A stretch of DNA of 64,000 nt from Octopus sinensis (GCF_006345805.1 NC_042998.1:65534001-65598000), one strand, 5' to 3'; positions 1 through 13,900 are shown, numbered from the stretch's first letter. Notes: generated by a model not told the origin, from the sequence alone. Numbers and translations: made by a program.

Positions 1-7
1 AGACAGA

Positions 8-55
8 AAAGAAGAAGAAAGAAGAAGAAGAAGAAGAAGAAGAAGAAGAGAAGAA
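8..55 (+). repeat. (GAA)n microsatellite
   Basis: Direct reading of tandem GAA units. Confidence 0.95.
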
Positions 56-626
56 TTGTTCAGCAAAAGATAATTAACAGACTAATTGTTGGGGTTTTGC
101 AGAATGGCGGAAAGAAATGGGGAAACAAGATGAATAATTAAGACAGATGAAGAACTAAAATCGATAGTTTTTAAAAGTAATTTGAAGCTCACGTCATTGG
201 AGTCGGCAGGTGTTAATTATGTTTAAGGGAAAAATTTAGACTAAACACTAATATCGGTGTTCTGAAAGGAATTTCATGTTATATAACGTTCAGCGTGCTT
301 CATTTATAGAGAACGACAAAACATGTTTTAATAAGATGAATAAAACATTTTAGATGTTTCTGACGAGAATCCAGAAACCACGATTTGTTCAACGTGATGC
401 TCGATATTTATTCAAAACCTGGTTAATATATACTAATCTGTAACAAACAATGTTTCAGTGTTTTAGATTGATGTTGCAAGGCCATTATAGTTTATATAAT
501 TCATTATTAAGCTGATCACCTTTATTTCCTCCTATTATTTTTTTTTGGTGATTGTTATTAGATTATTTTCCATTGATTATGTTACCATTTCTATATTAAT
601 TGGGGTTTTTCGTCTTGGTAAAATAT

Positions 627-967
627 TTCCTTCTAGTATATGCGCGCACACACACACATGCACACACACAGACACACACACATGTATATATGCATGTGTC
701 AGTACACGCATATATGTGTGTGTGTGCGCGCATATATGTGTGTATGTGTGTATGTGAGGGTGCTATTAACTGTTTATACATGCGTGTGCAAAGGAAGATA
801 TAAGACAGTTGCGTAATATGTGAGGAACGGAGGGCGGTGAGCTGCCAGAAACGTTAGCACGCATACACATATACATATACATACATACATACACATATAT
901 ATATGTGTTTGTGTGTGTGTGTGTGCGTGTGTGTGTGTGTGTGTGGTGTGTGTGTGTGTGTGTGTGT
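627..967. repeat. Compound (CA)n/(TG)n/(TA)n microsatellite cluster
   Basis: Direct reading; explains the HT/CV-rich pseudo-ORFs in the ORF track. Confidence 0.9.
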
Positions 968-1898
968 TATTGGAAAGCAATACATTTGTATTGCAATATT
1001 TAATTTTTTCATTGGAAACTTTTCAGTTCTCGGTTCTGATAAGGGCAAGGCGTTCAAGCGAGTATTGATGTAGCAACATTTGAAATATTGTCCAGCTAAA
1101 TGTAGCAGTAATAGACTAAACGAATTTACGATAACAAACGTATTTGAAGAGTCCGAGATCAAGGTACTGGATTATCCGATTCTCGGTTGTCCATTTATCT
1201 AATATTCTTCCTCGCTGCCAATATATGTACAGTGGAGATTTACTTTAGCGTCGTAAATTTATCGACTGCTATTTCCATTAAACGTTGGTGCCTTGTTGTA
1301 CCACTACTCTCTCTATATATATGTGTGTGTGTGTGTGTATTTAGACACACAGACCAAATTGATCATCAATGTCCATTTCATTAATGCTACAAAAAATTTC
1401 CAATATGAAATTATGTGTTCTAAATAATCAGTGACACGATAGCAAGAGTTATAAAAACACCATTTTCAAATGAGGAATTGAATCTTTCTCACAGAAATTT
1501 TAGTAAAACTAATTTGCAGTGAGCCCAGTGTCTTACATTATGTTCGCTTACATTAACAGATTTAGAATGGAATATCCTTATCCCTTCTTGTGGTATTGGT
1601 AACTTATTCTAATATTCTTGTAATTATATTTGTGTTCGAAACGATTATTTTCCTCATTTATCTTTGTATGAACACGAATATGTTCTTTCATTGACAATAC
1701 GCTAATACTTAATGGGGAAACAACGTATTATTCATACATTTCATAAATAATATGTTCACATTTTGTAATTAGTACTTAAATTGGAAATTGAAGAATTGAA
1801 CAAAACTAATACACATATCTTTGTTTCGTAGGAGTACTTCCTATTCAAATGTGCTGAACAAACCACACAAAATTCAAATATACATATATATATATGTT

Positions 1899-1947
<49 letters not shown>

Positions 1948-2619
1948 TGAGAGAGAGAGAGAGAACGAGACATATATATATATGCGCGTATGTGTTTGTG
2001 CATATGTACTGTGTTTTTCCACTTCAATTCGCTCTGTATTATATTATTGATAGAGCTGCTATTGAAAGGTACGAAATAATACCAAAATTCACAACTGTGC
2101 GATACACTTTCTCTTAGGATCTTCAACTCCGGTCATTCTTAAGTTTAGTGACGCATGAGAAATCATCGTGTCTGATATTTAATTATGGAGGAAATTTGTT
2201 CAATAACTTGTATGTATGGATATAAATCACGAAATTCCCCCTTTATCTAATTGGTGCAAACGTTGTAAGAGAAAGAAAAAGAAATAACATAGAGGAAGTT
2301 AGAGCATTTTTTTTTATTTTCTCTTTTATATTAAGGGAAAGAAAGAAATTGTCCAAGACGTTCAGGGCTGGTGTTGTACCATTATGTCTGATGCTATTTG
2401 GTAAATAGATTAGATTCTATTAGGGAATAATAAGCAAATAACATACCAATACACAAATTATTTATAGGCCTTCTTTATCTCTCACAGACTTATATATGTA
2501 TATATACAAATACACATACAAATATATATACATTTGCAAGCTTATACCAACATACATATAGACACACAAATATTTAAAATTGTATACAGCAATATTTCTA
2601 TTTCTTTTCCTCTATCTAT

Positions 2620-2910
<291 letters not shown>

Positions 2911-2959
2911 TAATTTGATAGCTAGATAGATTAAACAGAAGAATAGATGTATAGTGCTT

Positions 2960-3390
2960 TGAACTTTTGGCAGAAGGCCAGAGAGGGGGCTGGCGATAAG
3001 TCGAAGTAATTATCCCAAGTGCTCAACTGGTACTGGTCTCATTAAAATTCGAAAGGATGAAAATCAAATCGATCTCGTCAGAATTTGAACTTAGAACGTG
3101 AAGACGGACAAGACGCTGCTAAGCTTTGAGCTGGTTACGGTAAAGCTGCAGCCAGCTCTCCGCCTTATCGAGAGATGAATATTCTTTTCTACTGTAGGCA
3201 GAAGGCCCAAAATTCTTGGGGAGGGGTCAGTCGAATAATCGACTGCACTACACAACTGGTACTTAATTCATCGACCCGGGAAAGGATGAATCCCAAATTC
3301 GACATCGGCGGAATTTGAACTGAGAACGTAGAGATGGACGAAATAGTGCTAAGCATTTCTCCCGGCGTGCTAGAGTTTCTGCCAGCTCCC
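2960..3390 (-). mobile_element. Two adjacent decayed tRNA-derived SINEs (family C)
   Basis: Minus strand has a B-box-like gagttcaaattcc followed by the family C central block (consensus gcctttcatcctttcggggtcgataaattaagtaccag, diverged here); same family at 6660-7090, 26860-27000, 48365-48475, 52405-52597. Confidence 0.8.
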
Positions 3391-3414
3391 CCTATTTATA
3401 TACGGGGGCATAAA

Positions 3415-3493
3415 CACACCAACTTTATCGGTTGTCAAGCGGTGCTGATGGGGAAAAACACAGATACCCAAATACACACACACACACACACAC

Positions 3494-3525
<32 letters not shown>

Positions 3526-3682
3526 CGAATGGCTTATTTCAGTTTCCGTCTACCAAATCTACTCTCGAGGCTTTGGTCAGCCCGAGGCTTTAGTAGAGAC
3601 ACCCAAGTTGCGACGTAGTGGAGTTGAACCGGAACTAACCTGTTGCATAGCGAGCTATTTACCACGTAGCCACTCCTGCGCC
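3415..3682 (-). mobile_element. tRNA-derived SINE family A, partial
   Basis: Minus-strand head ggcgcaggagtggct..., homologous to full copies at 30158-30590 and 55641-56043. Confidence 0.8.
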
Positions 3683-3690
3683 TATACATA

Positions 3691-3727
<37 letters not shown>

Positions 3728-3729
<2 letters not shown>

Positions 3730-4267
3730 AGCAAAACGACCCCCGTCCAATGGACGGTGCTGATATGTTAAACATTTAAACCAAATTTTCTGATAACAAC
3801 TAGTCCTAACCTCCCATAGTCTCTCTTTTGAGAAACACTGATTTAATCTAAATTTGAGACACCAGCAAAAAAAGAAATAAAGTTAGACTTTTTTTCTCTT
3901 CCAAAGAAAAACGATATTATTCAGACAAATATGCAACTGAAGAGTCTAAAGTACCAGTAGTGATAAGGCTGTTGACTGGGAGAACACAAACAGTAAGCTT
4001 AGCAGGAAAGAAACGTGCCTTTATGCAGTACAAAAACAACAAAAACATGGAAGGTGCAGTTATGTACAGGTTGGCGTAAGAAAAGCAGGACAGAAACGAC
4101 TTTATTAGTCGCATACTCATCTGGAATCGAGTTTTGTAATTTTTTCAACACTTTTACACGCCCTGATACCATCGGTATCTACATATTACATTTTTGCGCA
4201 ATCGGATGGAGGATGCCCGAGATCTGAGAAGACACTGACAGACACACAGAACGGATTTTATATAAGA
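3728..4267 (-). mobile_element. Non-autonomous Helitron-like element, copy 1
   Basis: Minus strand begins TC (tcttatataaaatccgttctgtgtgtctgtc), ends with hairpin ccgtcc-att-ggacgg then CTTG; sits between A and T in AT runs. Confidence 0.6.
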
Positions 4268-4296
4268 TATATATATATATATAATATATATATATA

Positions 4297-4834
4297 CAAG
4301 CAAAACGACCCCCGTCCAATGGACGGTGCTGATATGTTAAACATTTAAACCAAATTTTCTGATAACAACTAGTCCTAACCTCCCATAGTCTCTCTTTTGA
4401 GAAACACTGATTTAATCTAAATTTGAGACACCAGCAAAAAAAGAATAAAGTTAGACTTTTTTTCTCTTCCAAGAAAAACGATATTATTCAGACAAATATG
4501 CAACTGAAGAGTCTAAAGTACCAGTAGTGATAAGGCTGTTGACTGGGAGAACACAAACAGTAAGCTTAGCAGGAAAGAAACGTGCCTTTATGCAGTACAA
4601 AAACAACAAAAACATGGAAGGTGCAGTTATGTACAGGTTGGCGTAAGAAAAGCAGGACAGAAACGACTTTATTAGTCGCATACTCATCTGGAATCGAGTT
4701 TTGTAATTTTTTCAACACTTTTACACGCCCTGATACCATCGGTATCTACATATTACATTTTTGCGCAATCGGATGGAGGATGCCCGAGATCTGAGAAGAC
4801 ACTGACAGACACACAGAACGGATTTTATATAAGA
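4297..4834 (-). mobile_element. Non-autonomous Helitron-like element, copy 2 (tandem near-identical duplicate)
   Basis: Near-identical to 3728-4267; duplicated ORFs in the track are offset by 567 nt. Confidence 0.6.
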
Positions 4835-4857
4835 TATATATATATATATATATATAA

Positions 4858-5020
4858 GCACCCCGCCCCTTACGACGACGAGGGTCCCAAAAGATAGGAT
4901 CAACCGAACAGTTTGCTCGGGAAATGAACTAGCAAGTGGTTGCGCACTCCATAGTCACGTGTACACTTAACGTAGTTCTCAGGGAGATTCCCCGTGACAC
5001 AGAGTATGAGATCGTCTTGC
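4858..5020 (-). mobile_element. SINE family D 3' fragment
   Basis: GC-richer block ending gaccctcgtcgtcgtaag on minus strand; tentatively grouped with 20500-20775 and 48305-48370 from recalled repeat sequence, not by in-window overlap. Confidence 0.45.
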
Positions 5021-5307
5021 TCTCATATCTACCAATGTAGGTACTCTTTAATACCCGAGACACATTTAGTAACAATAACATATATACGCGCGCGCGCGTT
5101 GTGTGATTGTGTGTGTGGACTTGTAAGTCTGCATTTATATGCAACAATTTGTACATATGTTCTTGTGTCTCTGTTTGTATTGGTGGACAAATTAACCTGT
5201 ACTCTAAATATTCAAACATTTAAACGAGGAATTTCTCACATTTAATATGAACACGAGGCAAATTATACACACACACATATATGTATATATGCAAACATGT
5301 ATAAAAT

Positions 5308-5381
<74 letters not shown>

Positions 5382-5393
5382 GGATAGATAGAT
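5308..5393 (+). repeat. (GATA)n microsatellite
   Basis: Direct reading. Confidence 0.95.
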
Positions 5394-6334
5394 ATACTTC
5401 TGCATGTATTGTGCAGACTTAATACTTATGTGTGCGTCGCTGACGGATCATCATCATTTTCCCTATTACTTGTAAACGAAATGTTGTCTGGTCTGATGCT
5501 ATCATCTGCCACCTGAACTAACTTCAGCAGAATTTATTCAGTTGCTTGCATTCGGCCTCGTTTCCTGTTTAGAGATACCTTCCAGCTTCCCTCAAACCAA
5601 TCTGAGAGACAACATATAGAGTCACGTGCACTGCCTTTTCGCTTGAGTAAAGGATGAAATTGTGTAGCGTTGTTATATTTTGAGTAGCTGCAAATAATAT
5701 TTAAGTCAGAAAGTATTGCGTGTGCTATCGGCTGAATTATCTTTATATATCCATACGATCGGGTTTTCTAGAGCTAACTAATTTCATTATTTTGTTAATT
5801 ATTTTAAGAAATTGCTGCTAGTCCTTTTCGCAGTACAATCCTGTTGCGTTGATTAAACTAAGACTAAAAGTGACTACTGCATCGTAATGTGTTCCAATAG
5901 GATCAAAACACTTCCCTTTCAATCTTCTTCTAAGCAAGCCTTAAGTTCTCCTTGTAATGCATCATTTATTCACGGGGGAACTGAGTTCCAGGGACATCCT
6001 ACATACACTCGTAGATTGGCGCGAAGAATTCCTTAACCGGTGATTATTTTTTATTCTTAATTTATTTTAATCAATTTACGAATATTTGATTTACAACATT
6101 CATCTTTTATGGTCTATCATGATCATAATAGTTATCTCTTGTATAACCTAATACTATATATATCCTATCGCTATTTGTTTTAAATATTTGAGGTATTAAG
6201 CCATAAACATTCTTGACGTTGACGGTGGGACGTCGTTTAAACTAAGTATTATATAACGATTTTAGCTTCAAATGATAAACAGAGTTCCGAAGGAGATCTG
6301 TACAAATGTCCTCTTTAACCCTTCATAAGGCACA

Positions 6335-6640
6335 TAGATCAGTGGTTAGGGCACTGGGTATACAATCAGGAGGTTGTGAGTTCCATTTCCGGACCGGTTT
6401 ATATGTTCTGCTCTTTATTTCATGTTCCTCCAGTTCACTTAGCTGCAAAAATGAGTTGCGATGTCACTGGTGCCCAGCAGTATCAGATTTTTGCCTTTCC
6501 CCTGAGGCAACATCAGTGGGATTGAGAGGGGAGACTGCCGGTCTTCTGCAAAACAGTCTTTCCCGGAGTAGTGCCTCGGAGCAGAACATTCTTGCTGCAA
6601 TTCCATGGTCATTTGTGACCGAAGTGGGTTGTTTCACACT
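6335..6640 (+). mobile_element. tRNA-derived SINE family B, decayed
   Basis: tcagtggttagg head, ccagttcacttagctg core and ggtcatttgtgaccgaag tail align with 54095-54430. Confidence 0.7.
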
Positions 6641-6659
6641 TACCTCTTGTACTGACACT

Positions 6660-7090
6660 ATTTTCTTTTCTACTCTAGGCACAACACCCGAAATGTTTGG
6701 GGATGGTTCCAGTCAAGTAGATGACCCCAGTACTCAACTGGTATTTAATTTATCGACCCTGAAAGGATGAAAGGCAAAGTCGACCTCGGTGGAATTTGAA
6801 ATCAGATCGTAAGGATAGAAGAAATACCGTATACATTTTCGCTCGGCGTGCAAACGTTTCTTATTTCTTTATTGCCCGCAAGGGACTAAACATAGAGGGG
6901 ACAAATAAGGAGAGACAAAGGGATTAAGTCGATTACATCGACCCCGCTGCGTAACTGGTACTTAATTTATCAACTCTGAAATGATGAAAGGCAAAGTCGA
7001 CTTCGGCGGAATTTGAACTCACTACGTAATGGCAGACGAAATACTGCTAAGTATTTCGCCCGGCGTCCCAACGTTTCTGCTAGCTCGCCA
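6660..7090 (-). mobile_element. Tandem SINE family C copies
   Basis: Two copies of gaaaggcaaagtcgac[c/t]tcgg[t/c]ggaatttgaa. Confidence 0.8.
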
Positions 7091-7249
7091 ACTTTTGTAC
7101 TGACACTATATTCTTATCTTCAATATATATATGTACATATATACATATATACATAGTGAGTCCAAACAAAGAAGAAACAAGAAAAAGCAATAACCGGAGG
7201 ACGTGGTACAAGTACTGCATTATCAGACACTCAGGAAAGGAAAGACAGG

Positions 7250-7284
7250 ATTTTACGTTTCGAGCCAAGCTCTTCATCAGAAAT
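7250..7284 (-). ncRNA. Minimal type I hammerhead ribozyme
   Basis: Minus strand: ATTT-CTGATGA-A-GAGC(TTG)GCTC-GAAA-CG-TA-AAAT. Intact core, 4-bp stem II, stem I ATTT/AAAT, GUA cleavage triplet. Confidence 0.7.
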
Positions 7285-7960
7285 AGCGGTAAGTCCAAAG
7301 GAAGGGAAGACGGAGGAAGAAAATCGCCAAACGATACAGTGGATTTCTTTTGGTCTCCTTGTTCTTCAAAATGATTCGGAAACATAAATTTACATTTGAA
7401 TCTGGCATAAGTTACAATGGGATCAAAGCAAAATTGAATCTCTATATTTTTGTACATATTGACATGATCACTTCTACATTTCAGTTAATATTCTTATACA
7501 CACATCAGCTTTCCTTTCAACAAAATGCATGTTGATAATATCAAACTAGATTTGAATAAATTTTAATCTTTCATACGTGTAAAAACACACATGAAGATTT
7601 ATATTCCGTGAAGCAGTCCAACCGAACGTGATGAATCATATTAAACAATCTTCCTCAGGATCTTTCTGCTGAATATATTATTAGATAGCGTCTGTTTTGA
7701 CTGGAAATTATATACCTTGGACTATGCTTAGCATGAGAGAAAAATCCTAAAGTATATATTTGGTAGTATTTGTCCTCCGTCACGTTTCTAATATATACGT
7801 ACAAATACACTTGACAGAGATTCCGTGTAACAGACTGGTGTTTTAATTTCTAGTTTTTGTACAGGCATATTTTGTATTCATAATAATTTTTTCTTAGTCT
7901 GTCTTTGTATCTTTGTGTATATACATACATATATGTATGTACGTATATATATATATATAT

Positions 7961-8015
<55 letters not shown>

Positions 8016-8088
8016 AATATGTGCATGTATGTATGTGTGTGTTTGTATGCGTGTGTAGTGTCTCTATGTGTGTATTTTTGTCAATATA

Positions 8089-9343
8089 CTAGAAGGGGCT
8101 GAAAATTTTATATGCTGACTATAAAGGATCGATACTAAGCCTGTGAAATCTTGCATGCAATGGTTTGAACACATTTTATTATCATTGTCATTCATTTTTC
8201 TCACCAAAAATTGAATCCGTCTGTTTAAAGAAGACTTCAAATGGAATTTGTAGCGAACTGCCTTGAAATTCGACAAAATTCGGCAACACAGTATTGTCAT
8301 GTTGCTCCAGACAAAAAGAGTTTAGTCATCAAGGACATTAATGGTCATACGGTCGCTACATTAGATGATCAACGGTGTAAAATTTGGCAGCAAAATTAAG
8401 GAGAGGAATGGAGATTCTCAAACATGATCGCAGGCCTAGACGTCCTGCAATAACCACCACTGAAGAAAACATTCATTCTGTGCACCACATGGTGATGGAT
8501 GACAGACGATTGACTATAAATCATATGAACAGTGCTATAAGAGCTGTTCATGAGTTGAGAGTATTCTGCACAATAAACTTGACATGACGAAGGCTTCTAC
8601 ACTGTGGGTGCTGCGTCTTCTGGCATCTGATCAATAGCACACCAATTGCGTCACATCACCGGAAAATCTCACTTTATTTGAGGCAGATCCAGCGGGTTCC
8701 TAAACGTTCCTAACTCGGTATGAATGTTGGGCTCATCCAATTGTGTCAGAGATAAAGTGACACTCCCTGCAGTGGAAACAAGCCTTTTCGCCTGTTCTAA
8801 AGTAGGCTAAGAACGGTACCTTTAAAGGGAAGCTGCCGGCCTCAGTTTTTTTTTTAGATTCAAAGGGAACTGTCGTTTTTCAAAAACCAGAGCATCAATG
8901 GAAAATGCTATGCCACCTTACTGAGGCACTTACGAAAGGCTATTAAGATCAAACGCTCAGGGAGACTGACTAACAATGTTTTGTGTCATCAGAACATTAC
9001 TCCTGTACAGAAATCAACGGTTTGAAAGGTTGTTGTATGTAATTGTTTGGTCGCCCTCACTATTGCCCAGATTTATCCCTATATCTATAATCTATTTCCC
9101 AACATGCACAAACAGTCGGCTAGGAAGCAGTATCGTAGTGAAGATGACGTCATATTTGTTCTTGATGGCTTTACTTCTTTGACCAGCAGCAATGGAGATT
9201 CTGACTCCATTGGATCTAAGCATCGCAACATCGATGAAAGAAAAGTGTATACTGCAATAAGAGATTATGCTAGAAAACAAACCTCTTATGATCACGTTTT
9301 ATAAGAATGTTTTGTTGTCTCTGAAGTTTTCAGCCAACCCTCG
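8089..9343 (+). mobile_element. Full-length decayed mariner DNA transposon
   Basis: Imperfect TIRs ctagaaggggctgaaaa / ttttcagccaaccctcg flanked by TA. Disrupted transposase fragments: AAKLRRG..DRRPRRP..VMDDRRLTI, a WVPRLL-like WVLRLL, LFPNMHKQSARKQYRSEDDV. Confidence 0.9.
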
Positions 9344-9370
9344 TATTTGTGTATGTATATATGTGTATAA

Positions 9371-9428
<58 letters not shown>

Positions 9429-9518
9429 TATATATATATGTATGTATGTATATACATATATAGATGCTCTAATATCTATACAGCCTTGGGTTTTTATCTT
9501 ATTACGCAAAAAGATCTT

Positions 9519-9555
9519 ATATATATAAATACATATAAATACATGTGTGTATCTA

Positions 9556-9593
<38 letters not shown>

Positions 9594-9630
9594 TAGATAC
9601 ACACATGTATTTATATGTATTTATATATAT
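9519..9630. repeat. Perfect 112-bp palindrome centred on (TA)n
   Basis: Arms atatatataaatacatataaatacatgtgtgtatctaatg and its exact reverse complement around an AT run. Confidence 0.9.
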
Positions 9631-9657
9631 TTATATATTTATATATATTTATATATA

Positions 9658-9736
<79 letters not shown>

Positions 9737-10424
9737 TATAAACATAATCATATCTGTCCATGTGCTGCGTATATAAATATGTACGCATATACGTAAGTTT
9801 TATAAGTGACTGGTTGTAAATTTATTTCTATGAATCTTTTCGCCTTGGGAGAATTTCGTTATAAACTAAAGCCAAGCCAACTGAAACATAATTCTCAAAA
9901 CTAATCAGAATACAAAGTCTGAGGCATTAATAAGAAATGCATATTTGTTGCAATAATATTTCCAGATGTTGTTATGCAAAATTTTCTCTTCTCACTCTGT
10001 CTATTGTATCTCTACAATTGCAAAGATTTACACCTTCCTTTTATTTCTGTAATCTTTCCCTATGTTCTCTTATCTATTTTCCGCAATAACTCGGTAGCTT
10101 AACACTTTGTCATTGTACTGATGTCGCCATGTATATATTCATTTGCCCCTCCTCTCTCTCTCTCTTTCTCTCTCTGTTCGCCAATTTTCATTCTTTCAAA
10201 CTTCCTGTTTTTTTTCCCCTTCTATCGATCTCTTCAGATAACTGTCTATATTGTTATCGTTCTCGGATTACATTTTTCTACCTAGCTATCTGATCTCCAT
10301 GTCTCCAATCGCTGTCTAGTTTATTAATGATGTGTGGCAGATGTTATTTGATTCTCGGGGATTAAAGAATAGGTGAGATTGTTATGGTAGTCAGCCCTGT
10401 ATATTGGGAGGAATGTTAAGCAAA

Positions 10425-10653
10425 ATCTTACATGAGATTGATAAGTTTTCGTTTAAATGACATTATATTTCCCCAACATTTTGTAATTTTCTAGGCTTTT
10501 CGCTACATTTAGGGAGCAAAATTTCAATTAAGACCTAAATTAAAGATATCTGTATTCTAAGGCTTGCATTTATTTAAGTATTTAATATGTCGATAAATTA
10601 GGACAATTTTACGAATCAGTTATAGTGAAAGCATTCGCCATAGAAAATCAAGT
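10425..10653. repeat. 229-bp segment whose inverted copy lies at 12032-12260
   Basis: Reverse-complement alignment by eye, equal length, few substitutions. Confidence 0.9.
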
Positions 10654-10799
10654 AGTCATACAGCATGTATCAAAATTTATAACACTATATAAATGAAAGC
10701 AATATTCAGATAACATTAACAAGAATATTTTATAAAAAGCCTGCTAACATTGCCCAAGCACACGGCTCTATTGTTAGAGTGTTCTTCTGTTAGAGTGTA

Positions 10800-10940
10800 C
10801 TTCTCAGTTCGCAATCCCGAACGGGGCTGTGTGTTGTGTCCTTGAGAAAGACACTTTATTTCATGTAGCTCCAGTTCACTCAGCTGTAGAAATGAGCTGC
10901 AACGTCACTAATGCCAAGCTGTATCAGCCTTTGCCTAGCT
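10800..10940 (+). mobile_element. SINE family B fragment
   Basis: gggctgtgtgttgtgtccttgagaaagacactttatttcatgtagctccagttcactcagctg. Confidence 0.75.
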
Positions 10941-10959
10941 ATTGGATAATGACGGTTGC

Positions 10960-13900
10960 GCGAAGAAGGGATGCTGGTTTTGCATACTTGTTTACTAGTT
11001 TTTAGGCAGTCTTTACTGAGAACTATCGGTCGATCCGTGATTGCATCTTTTGATTCATTATTTTCAGTAATGATTTGTAGATTTGCTTCGGCAATGACGA
11101 AAATATTCTGATGACATTGGTCATGCATCACTATAAATGATTTGTTGCTGTTATCCTCATCCTTAGGTTGTTCTCAGTTGCTGTATGGGTATTTTTATAT
11201 CCCACTGTATGCCGTTTTCTACAAGTAGGGACAGATATGTTTGTTTGAGCAAAAATTCTCTAAGTTATGATAGGTATTTGTTCCTGATATTTGCATCTTC
11301 TACAATGGTAAAAATTATTCTGGCTAGGCAGTATGGGATGTTGCGTTTTGCATGTGGTGGATAGCATGACTTAAAATTCAGGTGGTGATGTATACCTGTT
11401 TGTTTGTAGCATACATGTGTTATAATATCGTTGTCCTTTATAATTACCATTATATCTAGGAATGGTAATTTGGTACTACTTATCTCCTTTGTAAATTGGA
11501 GAGATGAGTGTAGGTTGTTCAGAAGGCTATTTGACTCTTCCAGAGTATTTAGAGATTCTGTCCAGATTATGAAATCGTCAAGGTATATCTTCCATGCCTT
11601 TTCGATTTAATTTCTAAAACCAGTGCTATAGTTTACTTCTAATCCTTGATAGAATTGTTGTTCTAGATATCCTAGAGTTCGCGTAAATGTGAGAAAACCT
11701 CGTTCCCATCACCGTGCATTTAATTTGGATGTAATTATTTCCATTGAAGAAGAATGTGTTGTTTTCCAGAATAAGTCGGACTGTGTCTAATATAAATAGC
11801 ACTGTGAATCTGCTGGGGATCGCTTTTCTATGTTTTTCTACCCAGTATCTAACCACCTTTATTCCTAAATCATGTATAATATTGGTGTATAGGCTTAACA
11901 CATCAAAACTTAAGTAGAAGTGAATTTGTTTCAGTTGTTTTGAGAAGATGGGACATGAGGTCGTTGTTATCTCCGATGAAACTGGGTATTTAAGTACATA
12001 ATGGCTTCAAAAATTTAAGTCTTACTTGAAAACTTGATTTTCTATGGCGAATGCTTACATTATAACTGATTCGTAAAATTGTCCTAATTTATCGACACAT
12101 TAAATACTTAAATAAATGCAAGCCTTAGAATACAGGTATCTTTAATTTAAGTCTTAATTGAAATTTTGCTCCCTAAATGTAACGAAAAGCCTAGAAAATT
12201 ACAAAATGTTGGGGAAATATAATGTCATTTAAACGAAAACTTATCAATCTCATGTAAGATGAAATTGCTTAGGCGACGGGTAAGGCATGCTGGACCGACT
12301 GTAATAGGTCTAAGTTTTAAGTCTTTTGGATGCAGTAGTTTTATGTACTCAGTTTTGTGTTCTGTTACTGCGTGCTGAATCTATTTTGATTTATGTATTT
12401 TCGGTAAGCCACAGAAGTTGCTAATTTTTGTCTCGAGATTAGTGATGTAGTCTTTTTAATTATCGGTAAGTGAGTTGTGGTGTTTTGAAAAAAGGCTGTT
12501 GGTCTTCTTCATGATGTGGTGGTCTATATTTGTAAGAATTTCACAATAGAAGGTTGTCTTCTCCATCCGGTCCTCAGTCAAATCCTTATAGTATTCTGCA
12601 TCCATAATAACAATTGCACCCTCTTTATCAATTTGTTTAATTATTATTGATTGATCGCTTTGTATACCTTTAAGTGCATACATTTCTGATTTGTTAATGT
12701 TTGGTCTAACATTTGTATTGCGTCTAAGGGGAAATTTAGACCGGATATCAATGTATTGCTCGAGATAATCATTTCTTCCTTTTGGTGGAGTGAAATTTGA
12801 TTTATTCTTTACTAGAAATTCATCAATCCCATTACTTTTATTAGTGAAGAATTCTGTAAGTCGTAATTACGACAGGATTTTTGGATAACATCCTTTAGTT
12901 CTTGGTGGATGACTGTTGGTGTACGTTTAAATTTCAGTCTTTTTGACAGATATTGAATTTCCTCATTGTCAAGATCTCTTTTGGATAATTTGATTATTTT
13001 AGGATCTATTTGTTCGGCTGTTTTATGTGTTTCCTCCTGTATATTTTTCTTTCTCTTGTGCTTGCTGTCTTGACGTTAAAAATGGATTTTTCCTCTGTTC
13101 ATGACTTATATTTCTCTTGATATTTGCTTGACGGACGTTGCGCTTTGGTATTTTACTTGGCTTCGTTATGTTTTCTCTCCTATTGTTTTGTATCATATAT
13201 TTTTCTTCAATTTCTTGTTAGTATTCATTTTAAGTACCTGGGGGAATTGACTTCGAAATCTAGATCGTTTTTTTCTTTTTCAATTGTCTTGTGTGTCATC
13301 TCTATTGTGGTCTTGGAAACTATCTCCTGTTATTTCTACTCCTAAACCTCTGCTCAAAGGAATATTATCTTGTTTATGTTTTTTTTCATATTGTGTGCAT
13401 TAGGATGTTTGCATACAAAAAGGGAAGAGTTCTTACCATAGTTCATCTTCAATTCATGGTGAAACGAGCGTTTATGTCTCCACGTGTTCTGGGATATGTT
13501 ATGCTGGTCGACTTTTAATGTTATTTCACAGAGATCTATAGTCTTTACCGTAAGTGGTAGAATACTCTTCGAGAAATAATAGGTTCTATTGCCATAACTC
13601 TCTTGATCTGCTTTCTTTTGAGATGTCACTGATCCATAGTCGTCACTTTTTTTCTGCTATATGGACAGTCGTTAATTTTGATGTTTCGTCTCCAATTTGA
13701 CCATCGATAGCTTCGTATTTGCTCCCTAGCGGGATTGCTTACAAAGGATAATGGAAATATCGGTCCTGAATTTTGTTACAGTAAGCTTCCATCGAATTTT
13801 TGTTTCCTCCTCTGGTTCTCCTATAATTTCTTTAATTAGGTACTAGCAAGGGAGTATGGGTGCCGGTAAAGAAATCCATTTCGAATATGTTTCAGCATAT

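Noticed and set aside
10960-11140. GIY-YIG endonuclease at the end of PLE copy 2
   Set aside because: Translation fits the post-thumb linker only; the element stops at a SINE before any GIY/YIG motif
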